Counted from the first letter of the stretch, positions 33,243 to 48,447 are shown. The stretch: DNA of 64,000 nucleotides from Geosiphon pyriformis uo1 (GCA_016748015.1 JAAOMT010000129.1:248001-312000); one strand, 5' to 3'. Notes: generated from the letters alone by a model not told the origin. Made by a program: numbers and translations.

Positions 33243-36200
33243 ATGTCAACAATACTTGATTGCGACATATATGCGTCGAGATTGTCGGATGCAAAACTAG
33301 GCATGTGACAATTTCTCGCTGCGCATTACATTGGTTTTTGGGTGAATTCCTTGCACATTTTAAGTTCTCCTCTGATCTCTTTGTCCATACTTGCTGTTTT
33401 ATATATTCTTAATACTGGTACTTTTAAAAGAGCCGAAATTGAAGCTAAGCATCGCTGTCGACTTGAGGGATTCGGTAGAGGTGTTCCAAAATGGCGAATA
33501 CCCGAGATTCTTGCAAGTCATGATGCCAGTATTTAGGAAAATCTTGAACGATACGCAACCTGTGTTTGTGAGCAATGATTCGAATCAAGTCAGTGCCTTA
33601 TTTGATTGTATTTCTTCATTCAATTTCATTATCCTTGCTACTTTTATGCCTTTGTCCTGAAGTTAAAGGCAACTATGCCCTCCCTGGATACTTTATAGAA
33701 ACTACGTAATGTCATTTTGGAGACGTTGCATCGTCTCCCGCAGAATGAAGCATTGCGTCCTTACTCTTCTGACTTGTTGAAGCTCATCATGCATCTATTA
33801 CGAACAGACAACGAAGAGAATGCCGTAATCTGTTTGAAGATTATAATAGATTTGCATAGAAGCTATAAACATCAATTGGAAGATCAGGTTCAGCCTTTCT
33901 TGGATATCGTCCAAGAAATGTACCGGAATATGGAACAGACGGTACACGAAGTCTTTGATAACATGGCCACGGTAATTTTGAGCCTTTCGCTCTAGATTTC
34001 AACGCCTCTCTATTTCACTGGCCATAATGTAAACCTGACACGAATATTTTACTCGCTCTAATAGCCTAGCACTGTTCCCCAACATATACCACAATCTCCC
34101 CGTCCATCATCCCCTGCATCTGACCTGTCCGAGGCACCGGCCAATAATATTTTAGCCAAAAGTATGTACAGTTTTAAAGTTCTGACCGAGTGCCCTATTA
34201 TTGTGGTGTTGCTATTTCAATCACATCGTCAATGTGTAAATACAAACATTATGAATTTTGTACCGCTGATAATTGAGGTACGCGACAACTATGACATTAT
34301 TTTTATGGTTCACCCGCAATTAGTAGGATTTAATCTGAACTGTTCCAATTTCGTAGACACTGGGACTACAAGCTGCCCCACAAGCTGAAGCACAAGCTGC
34401 TGCAAAAGCTGCTGGTGACATATTTGTTGGTGTGGCTCCTGGAATTAGGGATCGTCAGCGATATACTGATTTCGTTACTTCGCAAGTTAAGGTAGATAAT
34501 TTAACACTTATTTCTCACTTGTGAAGCATCACCTCTCAAAATACGCACTTTCAATACTTTACATGCAGAAAGTTCAATCTTTTTTATTGTCGCCTCAATA
34601 CAGACAATGTCTTTCCTGGCATATGTTTTACGAGCGTACAACCAAGCATTGAAAAAACACGAACGTCAAATTCCTGATTTTGTCATTCGACTATTACAAG
34701 ATTGTCCGCCAGAGGCGTCTGCAACTAGAAAGGTTAGCCCTGATATGCTTCTTTTTTAATAATTAGTTTTTTGCGAAAGATCGCGTTTGAAAACGAGCCT
34801 GATTTAATTCATGGTATTTGTACTTAGGAGTTGCTAGTAGCGACGCGTCACATTTTATCCACAGAATTCAGAAGCTGCTTTGTTAGCAAAATCGACATCC
34901 TTCTCAAAGAGAAAGTATTAGTCGGTACCGGAATTACATCATATGAGACATTAAGGTATATTTATTAAGAGGGTTTTCTCGAATCTTATTTCCTTTTACT
35001 GATTTTGATCACACTATTTGACTCTGACCATCTTAATTCTTTAAAAAGACCTTTGGCATATAGTATGTTAGCCGATTTAGTGCACACTGTACGAAATGAA
35101 TTAACTGTTGAACAACTTGCCCAAACTATTTATATCTATTCCATCAACTTACATGATCCAACTTTACACCCCAATATTCAAACCATGTGTTCGAGACTTC
35201 TATTACTCATGATCGACTGTAGCATAAACGTTCCATCAGAAACTCAAAGTAAAGTGTACAATTATATCAATTTTTTTGTTTATTTGTTCAATGAAGACAT
35301 ACGATCTAATGAACTTTTTTTAATAGAGCGGGAACTGCTAATCAGACTGCTTGACACTTTTTGTAGAAAATTTGTTTCGTTGAATCACCTCTTCCCGGAT
35401 CTAATAAGACAACTTCAAAAGAAGAAAAACCCTACGCTTCCACCGGGAGCGAAATGGGAAGAATTTGATTTTGAACAATTACGTCCAATCGCTACCTCTG
35501 TTTCCCCGCTACCTTACCAAGATCCTTCTTATGATCCTTTGAATGGTATTTTAATAAGAAACTGTGTTTTTTGTCTCGTTCTTTTTCTTATTTTTTGTTT
35601 GATCTTTAGATCGCAGAACTCTGCTCAAAAATCTTGTTCAAGGCTTACGTAACGTGCTTATGGCTTTAAAAACTTGTAATCCACGCCCACCACCAAATGA
35701 AGACTCACAAATATGGAACGCCGTTGCCCGTGGATTTTCTCATGATGAAGTGGCAAATTTTATGACGCTATTTCGAGAGGGTGTGCGATCTTTTGATTTT
35801 TATACAATCGACAATGATGGCAACAGTATAATCAAATCGAACGAAAAGGGCGGGACCTCAGAATTTTTAAACCGAATGGGGCCTCATACAAAAACAGAAA
35901 GAGAAGCTTTAGAAAGTTTCGCCTCCATCTTCGCTCAAGTGGATCCTGCAATCTTTCAAGAAATCTTTGGATCACAAATGGAATACTTGTTTGAACAGAG
36001 CCTACGAAATACCTCACTTTTACAAATTCCACAATTTTTCTTGGCCAACGAAACAATATCAGAGAGCTTTGCTGGTATTCTATTTCGATTTTTGGTTGAT
36101 CGTCTCGATAAACTGGGGGGACCAGATCCGATCTATGCCTCTGTCATGCTCCGATTATTCAAACTTGCCTTTATGGCGGTTACACTCTTCCCTACTGTCA

Positions 36201-39200
36201 ATGAGAGGGTTCTCCATCCTCATCTTAGCAAAATAATCATGACATCTATCAAACTTTCGACAAAGGCAGAACAACCAATAAATTATTTTCTTTTGTTGCG
36301 AGCGCTCTTTCGAAGCATCGGTGGTGGACGTTTTGAAATGCTCTATAAAGAAGTCTTGCCATTGTTGCAAGTTTTGCTTGAAGGGCTCAATTCTCTTTTG
36401 TCCTTGACACATAAACCACGCATGCGTGATTTGTTTGTGGAGCTGTGCCTTACCGTTCCCGTACGTTTGAGCGTTCTTTTGCCATATCTTAGTTATTTGA
36501 TGAAACCTGTGGTTCTCGCATTACAAGCCGGACCAGATTTGGTTTCACAAGGCCTCAGAACTCTTGAATTATGTATTGATAATCTCACTCCTGAGTTCTT
36601 GGATCCTATAATGGCTCCAGTTATGAATGATTTGATGCTTTCCTTGTGGCGACACCTCCAACCGTCCCCATACCATCAAAATCAAAGCGCACAAGCCAGC
36701 CGGATACTAGGTAAATTAGGTGGGAGAAACAGGCGTGTACTCAAAGATCCACCAAAACTTTCCAATAAAACGCCACCAAACCATGGGCTTGATCTACAAA
36801 TTTATTTTGACACAAGTTCGTCACCACAGTCTTTCCCATTGGACGAGTGTCTTGCACTTGCTGCAACCACTCTCCAAGACTGTAATGCTGCATTGCATTA
36901 TAAACAAAATGCCCTCAAGTTTTTGATAGCCAATATTCCTCTATTATTTGATTTGGATCAGGGGCCTGATAATTTCCCTCAAATACTTGCGGAAAAAATT
37001 CATAGACACTTGCTACCCATTGATGATCGATTGGATATCCTCTCAATTGGCGATGGGTCATCGGCTAACCTGGTTAAAATGGAGACAGATGAATACCAAT
37101 ACCAAAAAGATTTTGTCCAAGAAGTTGCTCCTATTCCAGCCAAATTAAGAAAAGAAGGGCATAAACTTTCTTTAAGACGAAAACTAGTTCAAGAGAATAC
37201 TTTGGAGAAATTAATGTGTGCTCTTTTCACGGCAGCTTCTCTCCCTGATTTGAAAGCTGAAGCTTGGCCGTGCCTCGAGCACATTTGTCGTCACTTTGCA
37301 CTCCTCGAAGTTTGCGATGCAATAAATCGTATTGCTCGAGAAAAAAAATTTACATTTGATGAAAATAATTCTACTTTTAACTTAGAGACAAAGGTCATGA
37401 TCGATGTTTTCTTGGAGATATTTGCAAGCGATGACAAAGCAATTCGACAAGTTGCCGTGTCTGCATTGAAAAAAACGTTCGAAGCATGTGTAACAATATC
37501 TGGCTCAAAAGAAGCTGTCAATTTGTTCCAACTTTTTCATGTGCTCGCGTCACGATTTTGCTCATGTTGTTATAAACAAGAATGGTATCGGAAAAGCGGT
37601 GGTTGCTACGGGATATCTGTATTGTGCGCCGAGCTCGATCTTGGGAGTAAGTGGATGTTAGAACATGAAATCGAATTTTTGAGATCTTTGTTCTTTATAA
37701 TGAAAGACACTTCGTCGGAATTCGCGACTGGAAATGTCGAAGATACTATGCAAACAGTGTTGCAGGTGATCACTGCTTGTAACCGACCAGGTCCCAATGG
37801 GGAAACACGAGAACGCGATCAAAAGTTTACGAAGCTGGTTCAGTTATTAATATCAGAGCTATGTAATTCTAATAATGTTGTCAGAGAATCGGTGCAAGCA
37901 TCTTTCAAGCTCTTGGCTGAATTGCTCGGATGTGAAGTAACCGATATTTTAACACCTACAAAAGACGCTTTGCTTACTCCGATTTTCGGAAAGCCTTTGC
38001 GTGTACTACCACCTTTAATGCAAATAGGCTACATCGACGCAATCACTTATGCCTTGTCTTTGCGTCCACCGATATTAGAATATAGCGATGATCTCAATCG
38101 TCTGCTCAACGAATCTTTAGTACTTGTAGACTCGGAGGATCAAGCTCTTGTTGGGAGAGCTACAAATTACAAGAATTCTGCAACTGTAACTAATCTTCGA
38201 GTGGTATGCATAAAATTTTTGACAGCGGCAATGGCATCACCTGATTTTCATAGTCCCCGCCACGTGCCTACGCGTGCTCGTATAATTGGCGTTTTCTTCA
38301 AATCTCTGTACTCGAGAGTACCAGAAATTGTTGAAGTCTCCAATAAAGGGTTAGCCTCAGTCCTCCAACAACAAAAATTGCAAAAGGATTTACTCCAAGC
38401 TGGTCTTCGACCTATATTGGTCAACCTATCTGATCATAAGAAATTGACAGTTGCGGGCCTGGAAGGACTAGCTCGCCTCCTAGAACTTCTTACTAATTAT
38501 TTTAAAGTAGAAATTGGCAGGAAATTACTCGACCACCTTACCCCATGGGCAGATCCAAAAACATTACAGGAAGCCTCAAATAAGCCACTTATGGAAATTG
38601 AAGCGATCCAAATTATCGTTTCCATTCTGAATGTGTTTCATTTATTACCTCCTGCCGCCAATGTTTTTCTGGAAAACTTGATTACCACAGTACTTGAGTT
38701 GGAGGAAAAGTTAAGGCGTTCTTTAGCCAGTCCATTCCGCTTGCCTCTCATTAGATTCCTTAATCGTTATGCGACTGAATCTGTTGAGTATTTTTACAAT
38801 CGGATTGAGGACACAAAGTACACGAATTTCTTTGTCGATCTTATTGGAACTCAAGAATCGACTAAACTTCGGCTAGAAATTATGGAAAACCCAGAGAAAC
38901 TCATTGCAAGCACTATTCATCTTGGTGATTCGCAGACACATTTCAAACGAATTCTAATTATAAGAGAAATTTCTAAATTCAATCCTGAGTGGCTGATCCA
39001 GAAAGACATTATAAAAGAAATTAGAGAGGCATGGCATGAGGCATGGGATACTAATCCAAGTCGTCGATCTAACGAGATGAACATGAATGTAACAGAAATA
39101 CAAGAATATCAGAACATAATTGAAACAGGTCTTGCATACATGCGAGCCAATCCAGATGATGTCAGTCTGATGTTTGAATTTGTGGCCATCTTTACTCGTA

Positions 39201-42200
39201 AAAGTGTGGTTGATTATCATACTTTGAGAAGGTTTTTTTATGAAGAAGTTGCGATTGGATATTCGGCTGCTCGAAAAAGGGCAGTTCTTGAAAATTTTGT
39301 TGATTTGTTTGATGATCCATTCAAAAACAATGCACCCATCAAAACTGCTGCTGCAAGAATGATTGTCAATCCTATTTTATTGTATGCATTCGCACAAGGA
39401 CCGCAAGAATATAATCAAATCATTGATATCCCAATGATTGATAAAATGCATACAAGCATTTGGCAGACTCAGGGAAGTGGCCCTGAAGATATCGATGATC
39501 CGCTTAGAATAGAATTATTCCAATTGACGTCTCTCCTGGTACAATACGTGCCTCATTTGATTGAACATGTAAAAAGAGATTTGATACGGTTTGGATGGAA
39601 ATCTCTTAACCTTGATGACGTGACAACGAAACAAGCCGCATATGTCCTTTGTGCTCGATTTATAGCAGCCTATGAATTTCCAGCCAAGTTCATCCATAAC
39701 GCTTATATGTCCCTTCTCCGTGCACATCAATTAGAAGCCCGTATTTTAGTGAAACAAGCCTTAGACATTCTCACACCTGTCCTTCCAAGACGAATGGAGG
39801 AGGCAGAACAACAACAGGCAATAGCGAACCAACAATCCCAACAGATTAATCAACAACTTCAGGGATCTCAACGCTCCCAACATTCTCATATAAATGCCAA
39901 TCGAACCAAATCTCAGCAGCTAGCTTCTGGGCAGATTCAGAAAATACAACCACTACAGAATTCTGGACCTAATTTTCCATCTTGGACAACATGGACTAAA
40001 AAGGTGCTTTCTGAAGATAGCTATAGCGTTTCTCAATTGATCAATGTGTATCAATTGCTTGTACGTCATCCAGATTTGTTTTATGAAAGCAGGCAACAAT
40101 TCTTGCCACAAATCATCAATACCTTAACCAGGCTTGGGCTTCTCCAGAATGCGACCAACGAAACCCGTATTTTGACGATTGATTTATCTGAATTAACTTT
40201 GAAATGGGAAAAACGCCGGATCAATGAATTGCGCCGACGCCAAGAGTCTAGCACTACATCAACTCCTGCCGCATCAGTAAGCAGTTCTGGAAAGAGACGC
40301 ATGGACTTTGAATCCGAATCTTCTCCCAAAAAAAGACAGCAAATTGAGCATGGTCTTGATGCTCGCTCTTTGCCAATTGAGAATACCATTTCAGAACCTT
40401 ATACACCAAATCTCAGCCTAAGAGAAAATGTAGTCAACTATCTTGTTCGCTTTGTTTGTTCAACAAATGAAGCGATTAGTAAGACTCCTGGTGGACTTCC
40501 GCACCGCGCTTTGCAATTGGTTAAAGAGTTCTTACAGCCAGAATTATGGCCTGAGGTAAACGTCAAGCTTCAGTTCCTTGAAAGGGTCTTGATAAATACG
40601 GACATCAGCCCCAGTACCTTGGATAGTGTTTGCAATGGTCTAGACGTATTAAACGTGATCTTAGACCGTAAACCAGCTGAATGGTGTCTTGCCCACCTTA
40701 ACCACCTACAGAGACTATTAGAGCGCAGCATCAGAAGTAATGATAGTCGTATTCAACAATGTCTTAACCCAGTACTTGTCCACATATTTCATTCGTTGCC
40801 AAGCACTGAGCAGACATCAATTGAAGATACGGATATTACAAATTTCACAAGCATAGTTCAAGGAGTAATCGAGCAGGGACTGAACCATATGGAAAATTTA
40901 TACGCAGCGTTGATGCTTTTGAACGCCCTGAAAAGCAAAAACCCGGAGAACATTGATAATTTTCTTGGAGGTGTTCTTGCATTATTATCTAAACTCACAA
41001 AGGATCTCCTCAATACATTGTCTGATAGCTCAACCACGAGCAATACTAGCAATGTCAAAATCTTGATAATGTCGCTTCAGATACTGAATTCAAGGATAAC
41101 ACAACTCAACGAACATCGGGGACCTTTCATTCAGGTTCTGTGTCAGCTATTAGAAAAAAACAAAGATCTTGAACTATCTCGAGCTATTTTTGAAATGGCA
41201 AGGCAGTGGGTAATTAACGGAAAACAGAAAAATATCCCCTCTTTGAAAGAAAAGGCCAAAATCTTGAACAAAATGCTAAGTTTTGAAGAACTTGGGGACA
41301 AACAATTATTAGAAGATTATCTAGATCTGGTTATTACTGTGTACAGTGATTCATCGTTGGCTAGAACTGATCTAACTGTAAAGTTAGAACAAGCTTTCCT
41401 TATGGGCACGCGTCATGAAAATCCTCAAATCCGCAATCGATTCATGAAAATTTTCGACCACAGTATAGCAAATCGGCTACTTAACCGGCTTACTTATGTC
41501 CTGGCTGTACAGAATTGGGAATCGTTGGGTAGCTATTTTTGGTTGCACCAAGCCCTAGATATTTTACTCGGCGCGATTTCTCGTTATAAACGGATTACCC
41601 CTCCTGCCTTCAGCTTACAAACAAAATCAATTGCTACTCTGATCGGAATTGACTGCGAAACTTCCGACTATTTTGCCGTGTCAGAGGATCTTGCAAAATT
41701 TTTACAAAATCATCGCCAATTTCTGGGGGAATTTTCAAAATTAACAATAGGTGATCTTTTGGCACCGATAAAACAACTTCATTATTTGGATGAAAAAGTA
41801 GCCTACAAGCTATGGGTTTATTTATTTCCTGCATGTTGGTCATCAATAGGATCAAAAGATCGTCAAGGATTAACAAGCAAGTTTGTGACCTTACTCTCAA
41901 AAGACTATCACAATAAACAAGCCATTAAACGTCCGAATTGTATTCAAGCATTACTGGAAGGCATTGCACGTTGTTCTCAGCGTATAAAACTACCGCCCCA
42001 TTTGGTTAAATATTTGGGTAAAACCCATTGTGCTTGGCACATTGCCCTTGAAATATTGCAAAGATATAGCATGGAAAATTTTAAAGATGATGAACAATTT
42101 AAAGAAAGCAATTTAGATGCTTTGGCGGAACTTTATTCAGCTTTATCAGAAGATGATTTAGTAGCCGGTTTATGGCGCCGACGCTCAATTAGGCTTGAAA

Positions 42201-45200
42201 CAAATATTGCTATATCATTTGAACAATGTGGTATGTGGGTGGAAGCCCAAATTGCTTACGAGACAGCGCAGAATAAAGCTCGCACAGCATCTCTACCTTT
42301 TACTGAACAGGAGTATCTCTTGTGGGAAGATCGTTGGCTTGAATGCTCACAAAAATTACAACAATGGGATGTTCTTACGGATTTTGCCAAAAATGAAGGC
42401 AATACCGAGCTTTTACTTGAATGTGCTTGGCGTCTCTCGGATTGGACAGAAGAACGTGATCTTCTTGATCAAGCCATTGGTTCCCTTTCCGATAGACCTA
42501 CTCCAAAGAACAAAGTTTTCGAAGCCTTCATGTCACTAGTTAAGCCACAGCAAAACAATGATTATAGCGATCTACGGAAAATAGCTGAAGAGTCACTTCA
42601 GCTATCCTTACAAAAATGGTATTCCCTACCTGAAATCGTAGCTCAGAGTCATGTTCCATTATTTCAAATTTTCCAACAATTCGTTGAGCTTGAAGAAGCC
42701 ACAAAGATGTGTACAGGGTTAAATAATTTAGAGAGCACTAACAGCGCTGACCTAAAAGCACAAGAGTTAAAGAGTGTTCTACAGAGTTGGCGTGAGCGTC
42801 TCCCCAATACCTGGGATGATATTAACATTTGGAGTGATCTTGTCGCATGGCGTAGACATATCTTTCGCATGATTAACAAAGCATTTCAACCTTTTCAAAT
42901 GCTACCCGCAGGGAACGCTATTTCGAACATAAATTTTGCTTTTCGTGGGCATCATGAAACAGCATGGATAATAAATAGATTTGCACAGGTAGCCCGGAAG
43001 CATCGACTTTCAGAAGTGTGCATCAATTTTTTGCAACACATTTATTCCTTACCAAATATTGAGATACAAGAAGCTTTTTTAAAATTACGCGAGCAAGCTA
43101 AATGTCACTATCATAATCCAGGAGAAGTAACATTAGCCCTGGATGTTATTAACAATACCAACCTTAACTATTTTGGTCCTCAACAAAAAGCGGAATTTCA
43201 CACTTTGAAAGGGATGGTAATGGCCAAGATGAGTCGAGATCACGATGCCGATGCTAGTTTTGCTTCAGCAGTACAAGTAGAAATGAGACTTCCAAAAGCT
43301 TGGGCTGAGTGGGGACGTTATTATGACCGGAAGTTCAAAGAAGACCCGACTAAGATTCCCTTAGCAGCCAATGCATTGAGCTGTTATTTACAAGCTGCTG
43401 GCCTTTACAACAACCACAAATGTCGCAAATTACTTGTTCGTATCCTTTGGCTTCTTTCCTTGGATGATACCCAAGAAGGGCACATCGCCCGAGTTTTTGA
43501 AACATATATGGCGAAGGGTGAGGTTCCTGTATGGTATTGGATTACTTTTATTCCGCAGCTTATAGTCGCATTAATGCATAAGGAAGCAAGACATGCACGA
43601 ACTTTATTGCTAAAGATTGCTAAACAATATCCTCAGGTAATTTGGCATCTTCCAGTAATCAAAATCCCTTGAATCAAGTATTCACGTTTAACACCTCCTT
43701 TTGATTTCCATTGTTGATCGATCATAGGCTTTACATTTCCAGCTGAGAACGGCTCGAGAGGAATATATGTTAATAAAAAAACAAGCTGCCGCTGCAGCCC
43801 AAGCACGCGCTGCGGCTCAAGCTTCTGCCTCAGCTCCAAGCACCCCTGCCACCCCCGTTTCCATACCGCCTGGAACCCCCACGGAAGGAAATGAGGTTTA
43901 TTCGGTCCCTCAAACCCCACAAATAACTAATGGAAATGTTCCTAATGTTAATGGCCAACGTCTTTCTCAAAGTCCTGCTCAAAAGAGTCCTTCTCAATCA
44001 AGTCCCAATCAATTGAGTCCTGGCCAAAGATCATCCATTTTAAATAGCTTTGCGCAACAAAGTCCAGTTCCTTCCCAGCAATCACAAAGCCCTTCTATAC
44101 AGCCCAACAACGGGATCAATGGGACTGTTGCAAATATGGCTGGCTCTCCTCCAAATAACATCTCTATGCAGAACATTCAAGCAATCAACAGGCTCCCAAA
44201 TGCAATGTCTCCGAACTTACAAAGCAGTCCCCCCAACAATGCTCCGAATCATATATCCCCTAATATGTCAAACGCAGCTGAACCTGGCCGATCTCCGCTG
44301 ACTCCCGGAGCAATGAATGGGCCTAATCATCACCCTATTGCCAATCAAAGTGCACCACCGAATCCTCAACAATTCCACAAGCAACCCTGGGAACACGTTG
44401 ATGACATTATGTCGGCTCTTAAAACAAACTTCGCATTGCTTGCACTTTCGATGGAAACTTTAGTTGATCAGATTCAACTGCGACTCAAACCAACTTCAGA
44501 TGAAGATATATATCGATTGATTGTTGCTTTGTTGAATGATGGCGTTCAGCAAATCCTTGCGAGATTAAATAATCCGCATGATGATGGTCAGTTGACTCCA
44601 GCAACAGAAGCCAATATTCGAAGATTTGCCGAAAATCTATATCAAGGTGCAATAAAAGTGGCTTTTGAAGAAGATTTTATTCAGTCAGAACCCAATCTGT
44701 ACCAATATGTTGAAAAGCTTAGAAAGTGGCGTGATCGATTCGAGATCTTATTAGATAATAAACCACGCAAGCAGTTCTTGGAACATTTTAGCGCTTTTTT
44801 AGTTGAATTCCAACACCAAAAGTTTGAAGATATCGAAATCCCTGGCCAGTATTTGCTTGTAAGTTCTCATATTTGCATTTTATTTCTGCGCTTCAATTAT
44901 CTAAATGAAGAATTTGACAAATTAATTCCACCTACTTGATTTATAGCATAAAGAACACCAAAATACCGATTTTATCCGTATTGATCGATTCTTGCCCGAG
45001 ATTGACGTGATTCGCTCTCATGGCTTTTGTTATCGAAGACTTACGATGCGCGGACATGATGGAAGTCTTCATTCTTTTGCTGTCCAACATCCCGCGGCAA
45101 GACACAGTCGACGTGAGGAACGCATAATGCAATTCTTTAGGATTTTAAATAGGTTACTATGGATATGTTGTGCGATTTCGTTTCTCAAAATTCCTTCTCT

Positions 45201-46534
45201 TATGCTTATTACTCCTACAGTGTTCTGGATGGTCGAAGAGAAGCTCGCAGACGAAATCTATTTTTCCATCTTCCATTAGTCATTCCGCTCGCTCCTCAGA
45301 TCAGACTTGTTCAAGATGATTCATCTTATTCTTCATTACAAGATATTTTCGAAGATTACTGTGATACTAAGGGTGTTAACAAGGATGAACCAATCATTTA
45401 TTATACAAACAAGATGCGAGCAAATCTTAGTCTTATAAGAGGAGTAAGTCTTATTATTAACACAAATTGACTTAATATTGAAATTAACCTATAATGTTTA
45501 ATCATATTTCTACTAATAGAGAGCTGGTTTAACGAATTTGAAGGTTGAAATCGCCGATGAGATAGCGTCAAAAATGATACCGAATGATATATTAACAAAG
45601 GTATGTTCAACTTTCGTTATAATTGAAAATATCTCAATTTTGAATTATCTAACCAAGAATGACTTTTCCCCCATGGCAGTATATGATAAAAACTGTGAAT
45701 GCTCACATAGATTTGTGGCTGATCAGGAAACAATTTACAACTCAAATGGCGTCTCTCGCTTTCATGTCCTATATTTTGAGTATTGGTCAGAGACATCCAC
45801 ACAAAATTATAATTTCAAAAAACACGGGCAATATTTGGACAACAGAGCTGCTTCCAAGTATTTATCATTAAATGAAATTTTGCATTCCGCTACATAAGTG
45901 ATATATTTTATTAATCCAATCTATGATATTTTTGACAGCTTTCTCATCAAATGCTCCTTTCTTATTCAATGCCGAATCGGTTCCATTCAGGCTCACACGA
46001 AGCATACAGCATTTCATGACTCCAATTGGTATCGAAGGTCTTTTCACTGGGTCATTAGTAGCAATTGCGCAATGTCTGACCGAACCGGAGGTTCGTATTC
46101 CGTTTCATTTCCAGAAAAAATATGCGCAAATTAATGTTTTTTTTTGTTTTTTGCTTTTTCTGCAAATTTAGTTTGATTTAGAACAGCACTTAAGTGTATT
46201 CGTACGAGACGAATTAATAACATGGCATTACGTAAGTCACAAGCCAGTCAATGAGCCTCAATTAAGGCAAAAGGTTGCCCAAAACGTTGATGCCATAGTG
46301 GAAAAAGCGGAGAGATTAGGGTGTAAAGACGAAACTGATCGCGAGAAGGTAAGAATATCGTGATCTTATGCTTTTTTAATTCAGTCCATTTCATTAACAA
46401 AATTTTTGACTCTGACTATCCAGTCTCTAGCTAACAAAGCCCCTCTCATTCAACCTGCACTTGAAATAATTTCACATGCGACTAATCCCCAGAATTTGGC
46501 TGCTATGGATGTTACATGGATGCAATGGTTATAG
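33243..46534 (+). CDS. TRA1: Transcription-associated protein 1 (Tra1/TRRAP), PIKK pseudokinase subunit of SAGA/NuA4. 18 exons: 33243-33300, 33431-33588, 33699-33971, 34065-34277, 34357-34491, 34604-34732, 34828-34955, 35049-35248, 35327-35545, 35610-43636, 43728-44858, 44947-45152, 45221-45443, 45520-45600, 45680-45857, 45939-46090, 46172-46348, 46424-46534
   Basis: Diagnostic segments: [79 protein letters not shown] domain ([44 protein letters not shown]), degenerate kinase ([15 protein letters not shown]), FATC ([18 protein letters not shown]). All splice phases were checked by hand. Confidence 0.97.
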
Positions 46535-47400
46535 AACACTTGAATTAAGTATAGATTAGCGAAAGTGTTTAGGAAGCACTTTACTTGTAAATAGTAGTCT
46601 CAAATCTAAATATATAGCTGGTAATAATATATCAACAAATAATAACAGACGCATTACCATAAAGTATTGCTGCTTGAATTTCATTGGAGAACTACTGTTG
46701 TAAATAAAAAGGTTAAGATTTTCTGTTAATTTGAAGTTTCAACAAGTTTCGTTTACAGGCAAAATTTATTCATGGAATTTGAAATAAAGCTGATTTTTGA
46801 AAATCACAATATCTAAAATGAAAACTTTAAAAGTAATGAGATTTATAAAAAGATTTATAAAAAATATGAGTTTTGATAATGTTGGAATTCATGATTATTT
46901 TAAAACATTTATTTATTTATTTAAAAAGATTATTTGATTAATGATTTAGAATTGAATTGATGAAATTAAAAAAAAATGATCAATAATTTTAAAAAATTAT
47001 TAATCATTTAGTTTAAACCCAAAAAGTAATGGTTATCATATTTAATGGTTAAAAGTGGCCAAAGGAAAAAAGGAAAGAAATAAGTGAATGCAGTTATACC
47101 AAATATGAAGATTTTTTTACATGAAATTTTTAATTGTCAGGATTTGCATATATTTTTTCACGTATTACACCCCGAGACTAAAATCCAAATTTCCGAGTTT
47201 TTTTAATGCCTTTATCTTTCAATAACCTGTGTAAAAATGAATAAAAAGAATCACTTGAACGACATAACACCGACACATCCATAAAACAATTCGTAAAACT
47301 TTTGTTGTTTCTAACTTTAGAAAGCCATGATGATTTTTAATTTTATACCTATAAATAAAGTCAGAATTTCGTGCACATTAAAATAATAAATAAATAAATA

Positions 47401-47441
47401 TTATCATTATGATTATTATGATTATTATGATTATTATTATA
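47401..47441. repeat. (ATTATTATG)n-type simple repeat
   Basis: ttatcattatgattattatgattattatgattattattat. Confidence 0.8.
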
Positions 47442-48406
47442 ACCTTGTATCCATTAAAAACAATTATTTAATGCTTGTTGTCTTACTATTACTTCACATT
47501 CTAAGTCTGTACGTTTCTTTTTTCATATTATTATTAAAGGCTTTAATAGTAACGGGCCGCTGTTTTCCACTAAAAGAAATTGTTTATTCTTTTCAGATTT
47601 TCTTTTTTGTGGTCACAGCCATGCTATCACCTAAAGATTTACCGTTATAAAGTTGGTGTAAAAAAGGGGGATCATGATCAGCAGAATATCAGAAATTTAT
47701 ATATTTAATGAGAGATTTTTAAAAGAGAGAACAATAGTTTAGTTTTTTTTAAAGTTAAAAATATCCGAATTGAAGAGCGACAATTGGAATTTTAGACTTT
47801 TAAAATCTTTGAGGATTGTTAAGAGGTTGACCAACCTCTCACACATTGATAATTGTATTCATATCAATTATCACAAGTGAATAGTGACGGTGATATTAGA
47901 TTGAATCAGTTAGAGTAATAATAAATTCGTGATTACTCGGGAAATCATCAAAATCGATCTTTTTTCGTCCGTGTAACGATTTAATTAAGTCAGCGGACAA
48001 GTTGAACCAGAAATTTGAACCATACAAAGATTTCAGATTTCATTTGAATTAATAGGAAATGGAATTTTTTTTTAAATTACAGAATAACGTGTAACAGGTT
48101 GGTTTTTTGAATATGAAAACTACAAAGATTCCGAAGAGAATAAATGAGGGGTGACAAAATAAATTCCTTGAAAGAAAAGTTTAATAGATGAGAATTTCGA
48201 AATTTAAAATTTTCTGAAACTGAAAATTTATTTCATTAGAATTTAAATTTAAATAAAAAAAACTATAATCCATAAAGTTAACCTTTTAATTTTAACCCGA
48301 TTTTTTCAGATTAATGGTAGTACAAAATTATCAACCAGCCGGTATTTTTCACACCCACCTTACGGATTTGATGAATAAAATAATAATCTTCAATTGATCC
48401 AGGAGT

Positions 48407-48407
48407 C

Positions 48408-48447
<40 letters not shown>

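Noticed and set aside
35832-42879. Numerous short antisense and alternate-frame ORFs within TRA1 exon 10
   Set aside because: Shadow ORFs of a long coding exon with no recognisable motifs.
45780-45860. Active PI3K-like kinase (TOR/ATM/ATR)
   Set aside because: The catalytic DRHxxN and DFG motifs are replaced by QRHPHK and TEL, as expected for the Tra1/TRRAP pseudokinase.
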